A DNA stretch of 64,000 nucleotides. Source: Chiloscyllium plagiosum (Eukaryota). Below the pieces are notes generated by a model. The model was not told the DNA's origin. It saw nothing but the letters and a program-made list of their open reading frames with translations, and ran no database searches. Shown here in pieces: positions 24,044-37,632 of this stretch. Numbering within the stretch: the stretch's first letter is position 1; each line of letters opens with the position of its first letter. Position numbers and translations under genes: made by a program. Where the stretch lies: assembly GCF_004010195.1 (NCBI RefSeq), contig NC_057728.1, positions 53,464,174-53,528,173 on the forward strand, given 5' to 3'.

Positions 24044-27000
24044 AGAGTCATAGAGTTATAGAGATGTACAGCACGGAAACAGACCCTTTGGTCCAACACG
24101 TCCATGCCCAACCAGATATCCCAACCCAATCTAGTCCCACCTGCCAGCACTTGGCCCATATCCCTCCAAACCCTTCCTATTCATATACCCATCCAAATGT
24201 CTTTCAAAAGTTGCAATTGTACCAGCCTCCACCACTTCCTCTGGCAGCTCACTCCATACACGTACCACCCTCTGTGTGAAACAGTTGCCTCTTAGGTCTC
24301 TTTTATATCTTTCCCCTCTCATCCTAAACCTATGCCCTCTAGTTCTGGACTCCTCAACCCCAGGGAAAAGACTTTGTCTACTTACCCTATCCATGCCCCT
24401 CATGCTTTTATAAACCTCTATAAAGTCACCCCTCAGCCTCCGATGCTCCAGCGAAAACTGCCACAGCCTGTTCAGCATCTCCTGATAGCTCAAATCCTCT
24501 AACCCTGGCAACATCCTTGTAAATCTTTTCTGAACCCTTTCAAGTATCAGAACATCTTTCCGATAGGAAGGAGACCAGAATTGCATGCAATATTCTAACA
24601 TTAGCCTAACCCATGTCCTGTACAGCCGCAACATGACCTCCCAACTCCTGTACTCAATACTCTGACCAATACAGGAAAGCATCCTAAACGCCTTCTTCAC
24701 TATCCTATCTACCTGCGACTCCACTTTTTCAAGGAGCAAAGAACCTGCACACGAAGGTCTCTTTGTTCAGCAACAATCCCTAGGACCTTGTCATTCAGTG
24801 TTTAAGTCCTGGAAAGGAAGATAGGCAGGTAGGACAGGTAATGAGGGCGGTGCTGAGCTGGAAGGTTGGAGCTAGGGTGAGGTGGGGGAAGGGGAAATGA
24901 GGAAACTGGTGAAATCCACATTGATGCCATGGGGTTGAAGTGTTCTGAGGTGTAAGATGAGGCATTCTTCCTCCAGGCGTTGGGTGGTGAGGGAGCGGCG
25001 ATGGAGGAGGCCCAGGACCTGCATGTCCTTGGCAGAGTGGGAGGGGGAGTTGAAATGTTGGGCCACAGGGCAGTGGGGTTGATTGGTGCGGGTGTCCCAG
25101 AGATGTTCCCTAAAGTGCATTGCTAGGAGGCGTCCAGTCTTCTCAATGTACAGGAGAACTGTCTCGGGAGCAATAGATACAATAAATGATATTGGTGGAT
25201 GAGCAGGTAAAACTTTGATGGATGAGGAAGGCTCCACTGGGGCCTTGGATGGAGGTGAGGGAGGAGGTGTGGGCGCAGGTTTTGCAATTCCTGTGGTGGC
25301 AGGGGAGGGTGCCAGAAAGGGAGGGTGGGTTGTTGGGGGGTGTGGACCTGACCAGGTAGTCATGGAGGGAACGGTCTTTATGGAAAGTGGAAATGGGTGG
25401 GGAGGGAAATATATCCCTGGTGATGGGATCCGTTTGGAGGTGGTGGAAATGTCGTCGGATGATGTGGTTTTTGCGAAGGTTGGTAGGGTGGAAGGTGAGC
25501 ACCAGGGGGATTCTGTCCTTGTTACGGTTGAAGGGGTGGGGTTTGAGGGTGGAGGGGCAGGATGCGGATGAGATGCGTTGGAGGGCATCTTTAACCATGT
25601 GGGAAGGGAAAATATGGTCTATAAAGAAGGAGGCCATCTGGTGTGTTCTGTGGTGGAACTGGTCCTCCTGGGAGCAGATGCGGCGGAGGTGGAGGAATTG
25701 GGAATATGGGATGGCATGTTTGCAGGAGGTAGGGTGGGAAGAGGTGTAATCCAGGTAGCTGTCGGAGTCATTTATTACTCCACTCTGCAGGCACCCTGCT
25801 TTCATTCCTGATGAAGGGCTTTTGCCTGAAATGTCGATTTTCCTGCCCCTCGGATGCTGCCTGACCTGCTGTGCTTTTCCAGCACCACTCTAATCTAGGG
25901 CCCTATTCTCTCCCTAGTTACCCTTTTGTCCTTAATGTATTTGTAAAAACCCTTTGGATACTCCTTAACTCTATTTGCCAATGCTATCTCATGTCCTCTT
26001 TTTGCCCTCCTGATTTCCCTCTTAAGTATACTCCTACTGCCTTTACACTCTTCTAAGGATTCACTCGATCTATCCTGTCTATACCTGACATATACTTCCT
26101 TCTTTTTCTTTATCAAACCCTCAATTTCTCCAGTCACCCAGCATTTCCTATACTTACCAGCCTTTCTTTTCACCCTAACAGGAATATACTTTCTCTGGAC
26201 TCTCGTTATCTCATTCCAGAAGGCTTCCCATTTTCCAGCCGTCCCTTTTTCTGCAAACATCTGCCCTCAAACAGCTTTTGAAAGTTCTTGCCAAATACCG
26301 TCAAAATTGGCCTTCCTCCAATTTATAACATCAACTTTTAGATCTGGTCTATTCTTTTCCATCATTATTTTAAAACTAATAGAATCATGGTCGCTGGCCC
26401 CAAAGAGCTCTCGCACTGACACCTCAGTCACCTGCCCTGTCTTATTTCCTCAGTGTAGGTCAAGTTTTGCACCTTCTCTAGTAGGTACATCCCAATACTG
26501 AATCAGAAAATTTTCTTGTACACACTTAACAAATTTCTCTCCATCTAAACCCTTAACACTATGGCAGTCCCGGTCTATGTTTGGAAAGTTAAAATCCCCT
26601 ACCATAACCACCCTATTATTCTTACAGATAACTAAGATTTCCTTGCAAATTTGTTTCTCAATTTCTCTCTGACTATTAGGAGCTCTATTATACCATCCCA
26701 ACCAGGTGACCATCCCTTTCTTATTTCTCAGTTCCACCTAAATAACTTTCCTGGATGTATTTCTGGGAATATTCTCCCTCAGTACAGCTGTAATGCTACT
26801 CTGTTAGGCCTCTTGCATTGAAATAAATGCAGTTTAATTTATCAGTCTGACCTTGTTCTCTGCTTTGTCCCTGGCTGCCCTGACTGTTTGACTCGCTTCT
26901 ATTCTCAACTGTACCAGTGTCAGATTGAAATCTCTCCTCACTATCTCCTTGGGTCCTAACCGCATCCTCACCTTCCACCCCCGACCTTAATAGTTTAAAT

Positions 27001-28520
27001 CCTCCTAAGCAGCTCTAGCAAATCTCCCTGCCACTATATTAGTCCCCTTCTAATTTAGGTGCAATCTGTTCTACTTGTACAGGTCACTTCTACCCCAAAA
27101 CAGCTTCCAATGATCCAAAAATGTGAATACTTCTTCCTTACACCAGCTCCTCAGCCATGCATTCATCTGCTCTATCCTCCTACTCCTGCCCTCACTAGCT
27201 TGTAGCACCGGGAGCAATCCAGATATTACTACTCTCAAGGACGACCTTTTTAAATTCTTGCCTAACTGTCTGTAATCTCCCTTCAGAATCTCAACCTTTT
27301 CCCTTCTTGTGTTGTTGGTTCCAATGCGTACAATGGCCCCCTGCTGGCCCCTCTCCCCCGTGAGAACATTCTGCACCCTCTCTGAAACATCCTTGATTCT
27401 GGCACCAGGGAAGCAACACACCATTCTGATTTTTCACTGCTGGCCACAGAAATGTCTGTCTGTACCTCGGACTAAAGTCCCCAACACAATCGATTGCTTG
27501 GAAGCCGACGTACCTCTCATTACATTACAGCCAATCTCAATACCAGAAACTTGGCTGTTTGTGCTAAGTTCCCCTGAGAATCCATCACCTCTACATTTTC
27601 CAAAACAGCATACTTGTTTGAAATGGGGATAGCCACAGAAGACTCCTGCACTACCTGCCTCCCTCTCTTACCTGTCTTGGAGTTAACCCATCTATGTGAC
27701 TGTATCTGAGACTTTCCCCCTTTCCTATAACTGCCATCCATCACATCCCCTTGCTCTGCTAAATTCCTCATTGCCACTAACTGCCTCTCCAACCGATCCA
27801 TTTGATCTGATAGGATTCGCAACGAACGGCATTTATTGCAGATATAATCCTCGTAACGCATAAACACTCCTTAAACTCCCACATCTGACAAGAAGAGTAT
27901 ATCACTATACTAAGGGCCATTTTTGTTTCTTTCAATCTACTACCTAGAAAATAGCACTGTCTTATTCCTCTGCAAAACACTGCTGTAGGTTAAATTAATA
28001 CTTATAGCTAATATTTTAAGTTTAATCAAGTGACATAGCTCAATAAAACATATAATCAAGACAGAACCCAGTGCAGACTTATTTTAAGGCCACGCTTAAA
28101 ATCCACTTATCTGCTTCTGTGCTGTGACCTCTCTCAGGCAGGTTCCTCCAAGATTAGATGTGAATTTCACTGTTTGCTAATTTTCCCAGATGCACTCCGA
28201 TGTCCAGCGACACATGAATTCAACAGAAAAGGCAGTAACTGTCAGTTAGCAATGTGGGTTTCTTTCTCTCTTTCTCTCTCTTTCCTGCACTGACCTTACC
28301 ATGTGCTTCTCTTGTCTGTTCTTCTCCCTTTTAAAAGTGCTGTTGTTTTGACTTTTTTTCTCTCCAAAGTTCCAAAGCAATGCAACAGCATATGAAACAG
28401 TAACTGCTACTCCTGGAATTCGAGGAAATCACCACCAACACCTGAAATATCTCAAAAAAGGAGCAGCTGTTACAGCCAGAAATGTTTCCTGTCCTCCATC
28501 TTGGATTACCCAGAATCCTT
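24044..28520 (-). mobile_element. Near full-length CR1 LINE (5' UTR, ORF1 esterase, endonuclease, 3' end), RT core lost at a Penelope insertion
   Basis: ORF1 CNKC zinc motif and SGNH esterase (VCCFPGARIKDV, IGTNN, VISGLLPV); ORF2 start LNCIYFNARGL and MVGDFNFP; 3' part ORF 24131-24739. Confidence 0.92.
24812..25898 (-). mobile_element. Penelope-like element fragment (RT C-terminus + GIY-YIG endonuclease) with inverted pLTR/HHR
   Basis: YLDYTSSHP, AIPYSQFLHLRRICS, CRNCKTC-like linker, NIIYCIYC..LYIEKTGR, REHL, VAQHFN; family A HHR repeat in opposite orientation at 25800-25898. Confidence 0.92.
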
Positions 28521-28835
28521 AGCTCATTGTCCTACTTATGTTCAAATCTTTCCACAGCCTTACACCTGTCCTTATTTCAGTAATATCCTCCAACCACACA
28601 ACTCTCTGGGATGTCTGCACTCTACCAATTCAGCCTTCTCAAGCAATCCCATTTCCTTTGGTCCAACATTGGCAGCCATTCATTCATCTGTCTTAGCTTT
28701 CTCTACCTGTGTCTCTCTCTTTAACTCCTACCCTTTTGACCAAATTTTTGGTCACCTGTCTTAATTTCATTTTCTTTGGTCTGGGAGGACATTTTGTCCA
28801 ATGACAATCCCTTAACACATCCCATTTTATTAAAT

Positions 28836-29055
28836 GAAAACAGAAATTGCTGGGAAAGCTCAACAGGTCTGCAGCATCTGTGGAGGGACAGCAGAGTTAA
28901 CATTTCAGGTCCAGAACATTTCTGAAGAAGGATCACTGGATCTGAAACATTAACTTTGCTTCTTCTCCACAGATGCTGCCAGAAAAACTGTTGAGTTTTT
29001 CCAGCAATTTCTGTCTTTGTTTCTGTTTTCCAGCATCAGCAGATCTTTGGTTTTT
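28836..29055. mobile_element. Palindromic HHR element (family C)
   Basis: Inverted arms agaaattgctgg..gcagcatctgtggag / ctccacagatgctgcc..ccagcaatttct; core ctgaagaaggatcactggatctgaaac. Confidence 0.8.
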
Positions 29056-29476
29056 CCATTATGTTAAATCTCTGAATAAATTCACGCTATTGTAACAAGT
29101 GAGATAAAACAAGCCTTTTGGAAAGAATCATTAGCCCAGAATTGTCACAGGGCAGGCTTCATGCAAAGTCCTCTGCCCGGATCACCCAGGAATATATGAT
29201 TCAAAGAAGTGAAATGGGAATAGTGTCATAAGGATTGTGTTCTTCAAGCTGTGACAATTGCACAAAGATTCGTGAAACAATAATGTGAGTTCTTATTTTG
29301 GTGATTGTGTGATGTGCCTGTGTAATTTATATATATTTTAATATCATTTACTTCAGCGTTTGGATTTTAAAACCACTTGCACATTGATTTTGGCCAGTGT
29401 TTATGAAGGATTTAATAATTAATATATAAGGCTTTCTGAAGCCAGGATTTGTTTCAAAAAGAACTATGGGATACTG

Positions 29477-29689
29477 TTAAAAATCCAACAACACCAGGTT
29501 AAAGTCCAACAGGTTTAATTGGAAGCACACTGCCTTTCGGAGTGTCGCTCCTTCATCAGGTGGTACCACCTGATGAAGGAGCGACGCTCCGAAAGCTAGT
29601 GTGCTTCCAATTAAACCTGTTGGATTTTAACCTAGTGTTATGTGATTTTTAACTTTGTACACCCCAGTCCAACACCGGCATCTCCAAAT
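29477..29689. mobile_element. Hairpin HHR element (family B)
   Basis: ~178-bp palindrome centred on ggtacc (29562-29567); 12-bp TSD tatgggatactg at 29465-29476 and 29690-29701. Confidence 0.92.
29566..29601 (+). ncRNA. Minimal type I hammerhead ribozyme motif
   Basis: cac-CTGATGA-a-GGAGC-gac-GCTCC-GAAA-gctA-gtg: catalytic cores, 5-bp stem II, palindromic AGCT stem III, 3-bp stem I. Confidence 0.7.
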
Positions 29690-30844
29690 TATGGGATACT
29701 GATTAGAGGCTAACAGGAATTTGTTGACATAAAGTAAACAATGCAGTGTTTTAAGCTTCTGCTAAAGTGATCTGTTTGTTTATGGCTTAGGGAAAACACC
29801 TATAGCTTGAAGAAAGATGTTAGCTTTCAGTTGACTTCTTTAGAAGTCCTGGCTGAACTGGAATGTGTGAAAAGATTTCTGCTGAAGAACAGAGATAGTT
29901 TGGAACTGTTAAGAAACTAATTGCTCAATGTAAGGAGATTAGTGTGAACATTCCAAACTTGAAGTGTTCAGTTAAAATCCTGAAAGGTGCTGTTTCATGC
30001 TGAGAAAGTCTAGGTTCAGTTGTATGAGGACTCAAAGAAAAAGGTTACCAGATTTTTAAGACTGGGAACTGAAGCATCAGTTAAGGCCCATACATGTATA
30101 ACTGAAAAGAATTCACTCTGGCATTTGAGAATTATAAAAGGGTGTTGTTGGGATTAATGAGATTGTAATTTACCATCTACTTTAAAACTTTAAAACCTTT
30201 AAACTTACTACATGTAAATAGTCAGGTTTTTTCCCTTAATTTATTTTGTCTAATAAATTCTTTTGTCTAATGTTAAAACAAAATCTGTAACATTGTATGC
30301 ATGAGTTTCAGTGGAAGACAACAAATTGAAAAATAAAGTGAAATACGATCTATTAAACAGATTTCAGCCTGGATCTGACTTGATCAGTCTTAAAATCTGC
30401 TGGGTTCATCCATGATGTGAATCTATTTGATTTAAGAGGAATCTGTGTCTTTCTTAAAAAAAATGGTGAGGTGGTGGTTCTGGAAATAAAATAGCTGAAT
30501 TCTGGTGAAGTTTATGAGATGGGAATTTTAAGATGTTGTAAAGATCTTTTTCTGTAAGTAAAAGATATAACATTGCCTTTTTTTGAAAACTAAAATAAGA
30601 GAGTTAGCAGATAAATTGCATTAAAAGTTAAACTAGGAACTTGCATGATGAAATAGTTCACATGGTCATTCAACACTTACAATCAGATTAAAGGAAACCT
30701 GAAATTGGAGTGTCACAGCTGGAATTAGGTAAAATATGGCTAGAAATAAAAAGAATTGAACTAGAAAAGAGAGAAAAACAGAGGGACATCGAACTAAGAA
30801 AATTTGAAAAGGAAAGGGAGATGCAATCAAAAGAAGTTGACCTT

Positions 30845-31625
30845 TGGACTGAAGGCCAGTCACCACCAGTGTTCCACAGGGATCAGTTCTGGGTCCTCTT
30901 GTTTGTCATTTATCTAAATGATTGGGATGAGAATGTAAAAGGTACGGTTAATAGGTTTGTAGACAACACCAAAATTGGTAGCTTGGTAGACAATGAAAAT
31001 GGTTTTATAAGATTACAAAGGGATATTGATCAAATGGGTCAATGGGCTGAAAGATCAATTGAAATGCAAGTTAGATAAACAGGGGCAGAATTTATACAAT
31101 TAATGGTAGAATCTTAGGAAGTGTAGTACGACAGACAGATCTAGGTCTTCAGATACATAATTCTTTGAGGACATTGGTGAGGTCTCTTCTGGAGTATTGA
31201 AGGATATTATTAAGTTAGAGAGGGTTCAGGAGAAATATATCAGGATGTTGCCAGGTATGGAAGGTTTGAGTTACAAAGAAAGGCTGGATAGGCTGGGATC
31301 TTTTTCATTGGAGCATAGGAGGTTGAGAGGTGAGCTTATTGAGGTTTTTAAAATCATGATGGGTTTAGATAAGATTAATGGTTGGTGTCTTTTCCATGGG
31401 ATGGGGAATTTCAAGATTAGGGGGCATATTTTTAAGGTGAGAGGAGAGAAGTGCCATAGGAAGTGGTGGATGCGGGCACAGTTACAACATTTAAAAACAC
31501 TTAGAACTACATGATTAGGCAAGGCTTGGAGGGATACGGGCCAGAAGCAGGCAGATGGGACTTGTTTAATTTGGGATTTTCTTTGGTGTAAACTGGTTGG
31601 ACCTAAGGGTCTGTTTCTATGACTC
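30845..31625 (+). mobile_element. CR1 3' fragment nested in the Gypsy element
   Basis: FVIYLNDWD, LERVQEK, RRLRGELIEVFK. Confidence 0.9.
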
Positions 31626-34600
31626 CAAAGAGGCAGAGAAATTAGAGAATGATCATTCCATGGACCAGATCAGAGGAAAGAAGGATGAAAAGGGCACTGT
31701 TTTAGAAAACAGAGAGAAGGATATCAAAGTAATAAAGAAATAAAGTTAAAACCAAAATGTCATACAAAGAAATTTAAAAAAAGCAAAAAAGGGCAAAGAT
31801 ATTGGGAATGAGGCTGATATGTTTCGCCCATCTTACTAAATAGAAATACAACAAATTGATTTGGAATTGAAAGAGTTATACCAAACAGCCAACTCAGAAA
31901 TTGAATTGGGAAAAACTTGGATTTAATTATTTGAAAGAGAAAGTGTTAATGAGGAAATCAAAACCACCTGGAATACCAGCTAACTAGGTGTGTGGTCTAT
32001 CAGATGGCAGTTCCATCTGAGCATCATAATGAAATTTTACAGACCCCTCACAAAATCCCAATGGCAGGTTGCTTTGGAATTAGAAAAACCTAGGCTAAAA
32101 TATTAAAACATATGTAATTGGCCATAATTAGAGAATGATGTATTTAAATTTTGTCAGGCATGCTTTATGTATCAGGTAGTGGGGAAACATTAATTCAACC
32201 TGTGCCTTTAATTTCCATACCAACTTTGGGGCGTCCAGCTAAAAACAGGAATACGACACAACAATGTTTTAATCATTATGGATGTTCCCACAAAATTTCC
32301 TGAAACAGTGATTTTAGGAGAAATTACTACAAAATTTGTCAGGGAAAAGCTAGTTCATTTTTTAAAATATGGTATGTAGTACTCAAAGAAATACCATCAG
32401 ATCAAAGCTCAAATTTTATTTCATAGATGTTCAAAAAAATTAAGATTAGTTGAAAATAAAACAATTTACATCTTCTGCTATCACCCACAATATCAACGTA
32501 CAGTGGAGTGATGGCATCAAATTATGAAGAGCATGATTAGATGTGATTGTCAAAATGTTCTAAAGATATGGATAAGTGAATTCCTTTTTTACTAGCTGCC
32601 ATTAGGGATGCTCCCAATGAATCCATATGATTTAATACTTTTGAAGTAATCTTTGAGCATGAGGGCCACTCATGCCAACTAAAGAGAAATTGATAAACCA
32701 AACCTCAATAATGAAGCTTTAAACCTGTGATTTGAGTTTTGGGGGAAATCTGACCAAGGTTTGTGAGCTGGCTAAAAAAAGTTGAACAGTGTTTGACAAC
32801 CAATGCTAACTAGACCTAATTTTTAAAAAGGCCAAAGTTTGAAATTATGTTGCTGGAGATAAAGTGCTAGTGTTGTTTCCTATCTCCAGGGAGCCATTAA
32901 AACCAAGGTTTACTGGACTTTATCAATTCAAAAAGAGACCCAATTATTTGAAATAATAATTGTGAGTACTCGAACAGAATAAAGAATCAGTGAATGTGTC
33001 ATATTAATGTCACAGAGATATTATGAAAGGGAGAATAGTTAGGAAAAACATGCACTTACTTTAGTGAAAGAATTAGGGAGAGAAATAGAAATATAAGAGC
33101 AATTGGAGAATGGATTAGAAATTCAAAGTTCAAAATTTCAAATTTTTGGAATATCTCAAGAAGATCAGTTTTGGCTGTTTATGATGTTAATGTGTTGTTG
33201 TTAAAGCAACAACCTTACAGATTTCGTTCAGAGAGATTAGCTCAAGTGAAGCAAGAAATGAAGTTCATGATGAGTAATGACATTACTGATTGGAGCCATA
33301 TCATAATGGTGCACAAACTGAATGGGACACAGAGATTCTGTGTGGATTATCACAAAGCCAATGTGTTAACAATAGCAGACTTATGTCTTATTCTGTGATT
33401 GAAACATGACCTGGAATGAATTGGACACTGATAATTTTTCGCAAAAGTCAACTTACGAAAGGGTTTATTGAGAAGTTCCATTGACTGATACAGCCAAAGA
33501 AATATCAGCTTTAGTAATATTAGATGGAGTCAATGTCATGTCAAGCCATTTAGAATGAAAAATGCACCAGCGACATTCCAATTATTAATCAATAAAGTCT
33601 TCGAAGAACTGTGTTGTTTGATGATTTGGCTGTTTTTAGCCAAACCCCGGAAGAAAATTTATACCACTCGACTAAGCTGTTGATTGGCTACAAAAGCTAA
33701 GTTTGTTATAAGTCTGGCAAAGAGTGAAGTTCCCAAAGCGAAACTGTTTTTTTTGGGCCAACTATGGGTTAAGGTCAAATAGCAGCGAATGAAGTGAAGG
33801 CTATTTTGCATTTTCCTGTGCCTGAAACTTTGCATCATGTTAGCATGTTCCAAATTTCAGCAACTATTGTTGGACCTTCAGCAAATTTACCGAAGAAAGG
33901 CAGAAAATATGCAGGTGTCAAAGTGCCTGTGTTGAAACCATACTGGTTTTAGCCATGCTTAATTATGAGAAACTATTCAAATTGGCTGTTGAATCCAGCA
34001 ACGTCAGTGTGATGACAAGATGGGGATCGAATTGTCACAATTATTACTTAAAAAAACTGACCACATATCAGCAAAAGGACTGCACAATGGAGAATGTGAC
34101 ATTGATTCTTGTGTTGGATCTACACCAGTTTGAAATATACTTCAACAACAATGTGGAAGAAATGGTTATTTATACAGATCACAACCACTTAATTTCGTTT
34201 GGAAAAGTTTCAGGACAAGAATTTAAGATTATTTCAATGGAGCTTCATTCTCCATTGGCGTAATTTAAAAATTGTTGCTGGGACTTGACAAGAAATGCTT
34301 TCATGAACACTTTATCAAGAGCACATATGAAAGATACCTAATGCTGTGGTGCCCATGGACTAGTATGAAATGTAGTTGCCGTGTAACTCACTGTATGTTT
34401 AATATCAACATATCACTACTGTTAATGTGATATAGTGTTAAAATATTTTCGATGAATAATGAAATTGCCTATTAAAGATTTTCGTTCGCAGGGAAGTGTG
34501 ATGCAAGGTGTTGGATTTATGTGTATCTTAACATCATTTATTTTGAGTTTAGATTTTGAATTGGTGAGAGAATTATTTGCCCTGCCATATTTTCCTTTAT

Positions 34601-36489
34601 TATTCTTTAAGGCTTTTTTTAGTTTGCACATTCTCAATGCTTCAGTAATCCCTTTTCCTTGAAAGCATTTGCTTCTGTAAATGACAATGCTGTTTTATTT
34701 TCATTATCATAACGCTTTTAAGCAGTGCTATACAGCAATGATACAACCTTCTCCTTCCAGTACTTTTTAATTCTGTCATATAGCAATGCTAGTTAACTGC
34801 ACAGCTCACTGGAGGCTTTCCTAGAATTTGTATTCAAGTTGGAGGCTTCCCACCAATTGCAAGCTAAATTGAGATTTTCTGATTTTATATGGACAAAATA
34901 GATGATTTTCCACAGTCAAGGGTTAAAACACAATACCTATCCTTTCTATGTTATTCCCAAATAAAATCTGATCCTTGTGGCCTTAGAAAATACTTCCCAC
35001 CAGAGGTGTGATTTAAATTAAGGGTCTTCCACTTGCATCGCAGCCTTAAAAGACTTTTTTCTGTTAGACTCTGTCTGCTTTAAGTTTTAAATGCCCCCCT
35101 TTGCCACTATCTATGATATGGGACATTCCCAGTGCTACAACCTCAGTGTAAAGCACTTCTATGGTCCCTGATTTTCCTACAGTAGTCATAGTGGTGTCTG
35201 CTCCTAATGACAGCATTACTCATTGTGAACTGCAAGTTTTGTTTTACTTCAGCCTGATTTTTGGCATACTAGGTTCAAGCTATCCCTCTTGCCCAGCAGT
35301 GAGTTTTAGCTTAATGTGTAGTCTCTGTTGATTGCTGGACCTCGAACAGGGAATGGTCCCACAGATCCTCATGGCCTAATGGAATCTGTAACTACCCAGT
35401 GTGACTGGTCTATAAGCACTTTCTAATGCACACTGCGTCACCAGGTCTGGAATAAAGGCTTGAGCATCTTCTGTTGGATGTCTCTTGTTCTCTCCACTAG
35501 TATCAGCTGACCGCTTATTTATTTAAGCAATAACAGCTGCTGACTATCTGTGTGAGTAGCTCTTCAAGTAGTAAACTCACTTGGTGGTCTGGAAGTTCCT
35601 TCAACTGGGACAAATGAACATCTTTTTTATTATTGCGTCCTTTGGTCTTAAGTAATGATGTCCACCATTGATCATCAGTGGAATTTGTGAGTAAAATGGA
35701 TGCTGTCATGATTTATCTTTCCTTTGCTAAGTCTAAGGAGCTATTTTGTTTTCAGTGTAGAAGAACAAGCACTCGTGAGTATTGACAAGAAGAGGCTTTT
35801 GTGTTGACAAGATGCTGTTTACCATATGATTACCTGCAAGTTACATTAGCTATATTGACATTGTTACTAAACTATTGGGAGACATAGATTAAACATTGAT
35901 CCTCTTCAGGATTCCAAGCAATTCTCCTAATGTCCTCACTCAAAATTGTGTGGCATCATCAGCTTAGCGAAACTCAATGCAATCTCCAACATTAACTCTT
36001 CTGGATCATTATTGCCTTATACAACAGAGGCTAGCCCAAATTATTTGATAACTAAACATTCTCTTACAAGTAGCTCATTTGCTTTTCTGTGCTTTTCTAT
36101 TTAAGAGCTGACATCTTAATCTTGCAAGGAATTAAGGGATACGCGGAGAGTGCAGGTAAGTGGCATTGAAATGCACATCAGCCATGATTGAATGGCAGAG
36201 TGGACCCGATGGGCTGAATGGCCTTACTTCCACTCCTATGTCTTATGGTCTTACAGTTCTCCCTGCGATGCTTTGATATTTAGATGCGACATGTCAGAGG
36301 TCTATTCACGCTGACTCCACAGAGAATGTGCCTCTTTCCTCAGGCATTCCACCTTCTTGCTGGATTCCCAAGAGTGGTTTTTGGGGTAGGCCAAATGTCC
36401 AAATGGCATGATCTCACGGCAAAGAAAGAACCTCAGGAAGAAATGTCTTAATAGGCCAGGAATGGGTGGGAATAGCAGACAGGAGAAGA

Positions 36490-36940
36490 GATTTACCAGG
36501 ATGTAGCTGATTATAGAAGGTTTGGGTTATAAAGAAAGGCTGGATAGGCGGGGACTTCTTTCACTGGAGCATAGGAAGTTAAGAGGTGACCTGACAGAAG
36601 CTTATAAAATGATGTGAGGTACAGACAGAGTTAATGATTGTTGTCTTTTCCTTAGAATGGGGGATTTCAAGATTAGATGGTACATCTTTAAAATGGGAGG
36701 AGAGAGACTTAAATAAGAAATGAGAGGCAAATATTTTGCAGAGGGTGGTTCATATGTGGAATAAACTTCCTGAGAAAATACTAGATATGGGTATGATCAC
36801 AATGTTTAAACACATTTGGATATATACATGAATAGAAAAGGTTTGGAAGGGTATGGGTCAGGAGCAGGAAGGTGAGACTAGTTTAGTTTGGGATTACATT
36901 TGGCATGGACTGAAGAATCTGTTACCATGTTGTATGACAG
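36490..36940 (+). mobile_element. CR1 3' fragment
   Basis: Homology to the other CR1 3' ends. Confidence 0.8.
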
Positions 36941-37326
36941 GAGGGTGATGGAATTACTTAAATGACAAAAAATATTATTAATGTGAAGCAAGTTGATATG
37001 ATCTGAGATGCATGATCAGAAAGTATGTGGAAGCAGATTCAATAGCAACTTCCAAATGAGTGTTAAATTTATGCCAGAAATGAAAAATGGGTGGAACAAA
37101 TTGAATAGATTTTACAAAGACCTAGCAGAAGCATGATGGCTTGAAAAGTTTTCCTTCCATTCTGCAGAGGAATCAGGCTCCATTCTGAATTCCTAAATTT
37201 TGTCTGCTCAGCCAGACATTTATACACCAATATGCATAGCTTGTGATAAACATTAATCGTCAAAAGAGAAATAAGTTTTTTTTGCTGATGTAACATGACA
37301 TTAATTCATCTTTTTGAATTTAATAT

Positions 37327-37632
37327 ATTAGATTACTTACAGTGTGGAAACAGGCCCTTCAGCCCAACAAGTCCATAACGACCCTCTGAAAAGCAACCCA
37401 CCCAGACCCATTCCCTTACGTTTACCCCTTCTCCTAACACTACAGGCAATTTAGCATGGCCAATTCATCTAACCTGCACATTTTTGGACTGTGGGAGGAA
37501 ACCAGAGCAAACCCACGCAGACACAGGGAGAATGTGCAAACACCACACAGATAGTTGCCTGAGGCAGGAATTGAACCTGAGTCTCTGGCACTGTGAGGCA
37601 GCAGTGCTAACTACTGTGCCACCGGGCTGCCC
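37327..37632 (-). mobile_element. HE1-type SINE
   Basis: Same family as the copy at 23291-23612. Confidence 0.88.

Larger units (their letters stand above)
29308..34560 (+). mobile_element. Gmr1-type Gypsy LTR retrotransposon (gag ... IN-RT-RH), decayed
   Basis: Coiled-coil gag at 30710-30840; integrase at ~32000-33000 (PMAG.FGIRKT, SDQSSNF, RFTGLY) precedes RT at 33171+ (QQPYR, RFCVDY, KNAPATFQ) and RNase H (YTDHNHL). LTR start tgtgatg at 29308 recurs at 34497 after PPT gggaag (3' LTR truncated). Confidence 0.85.
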
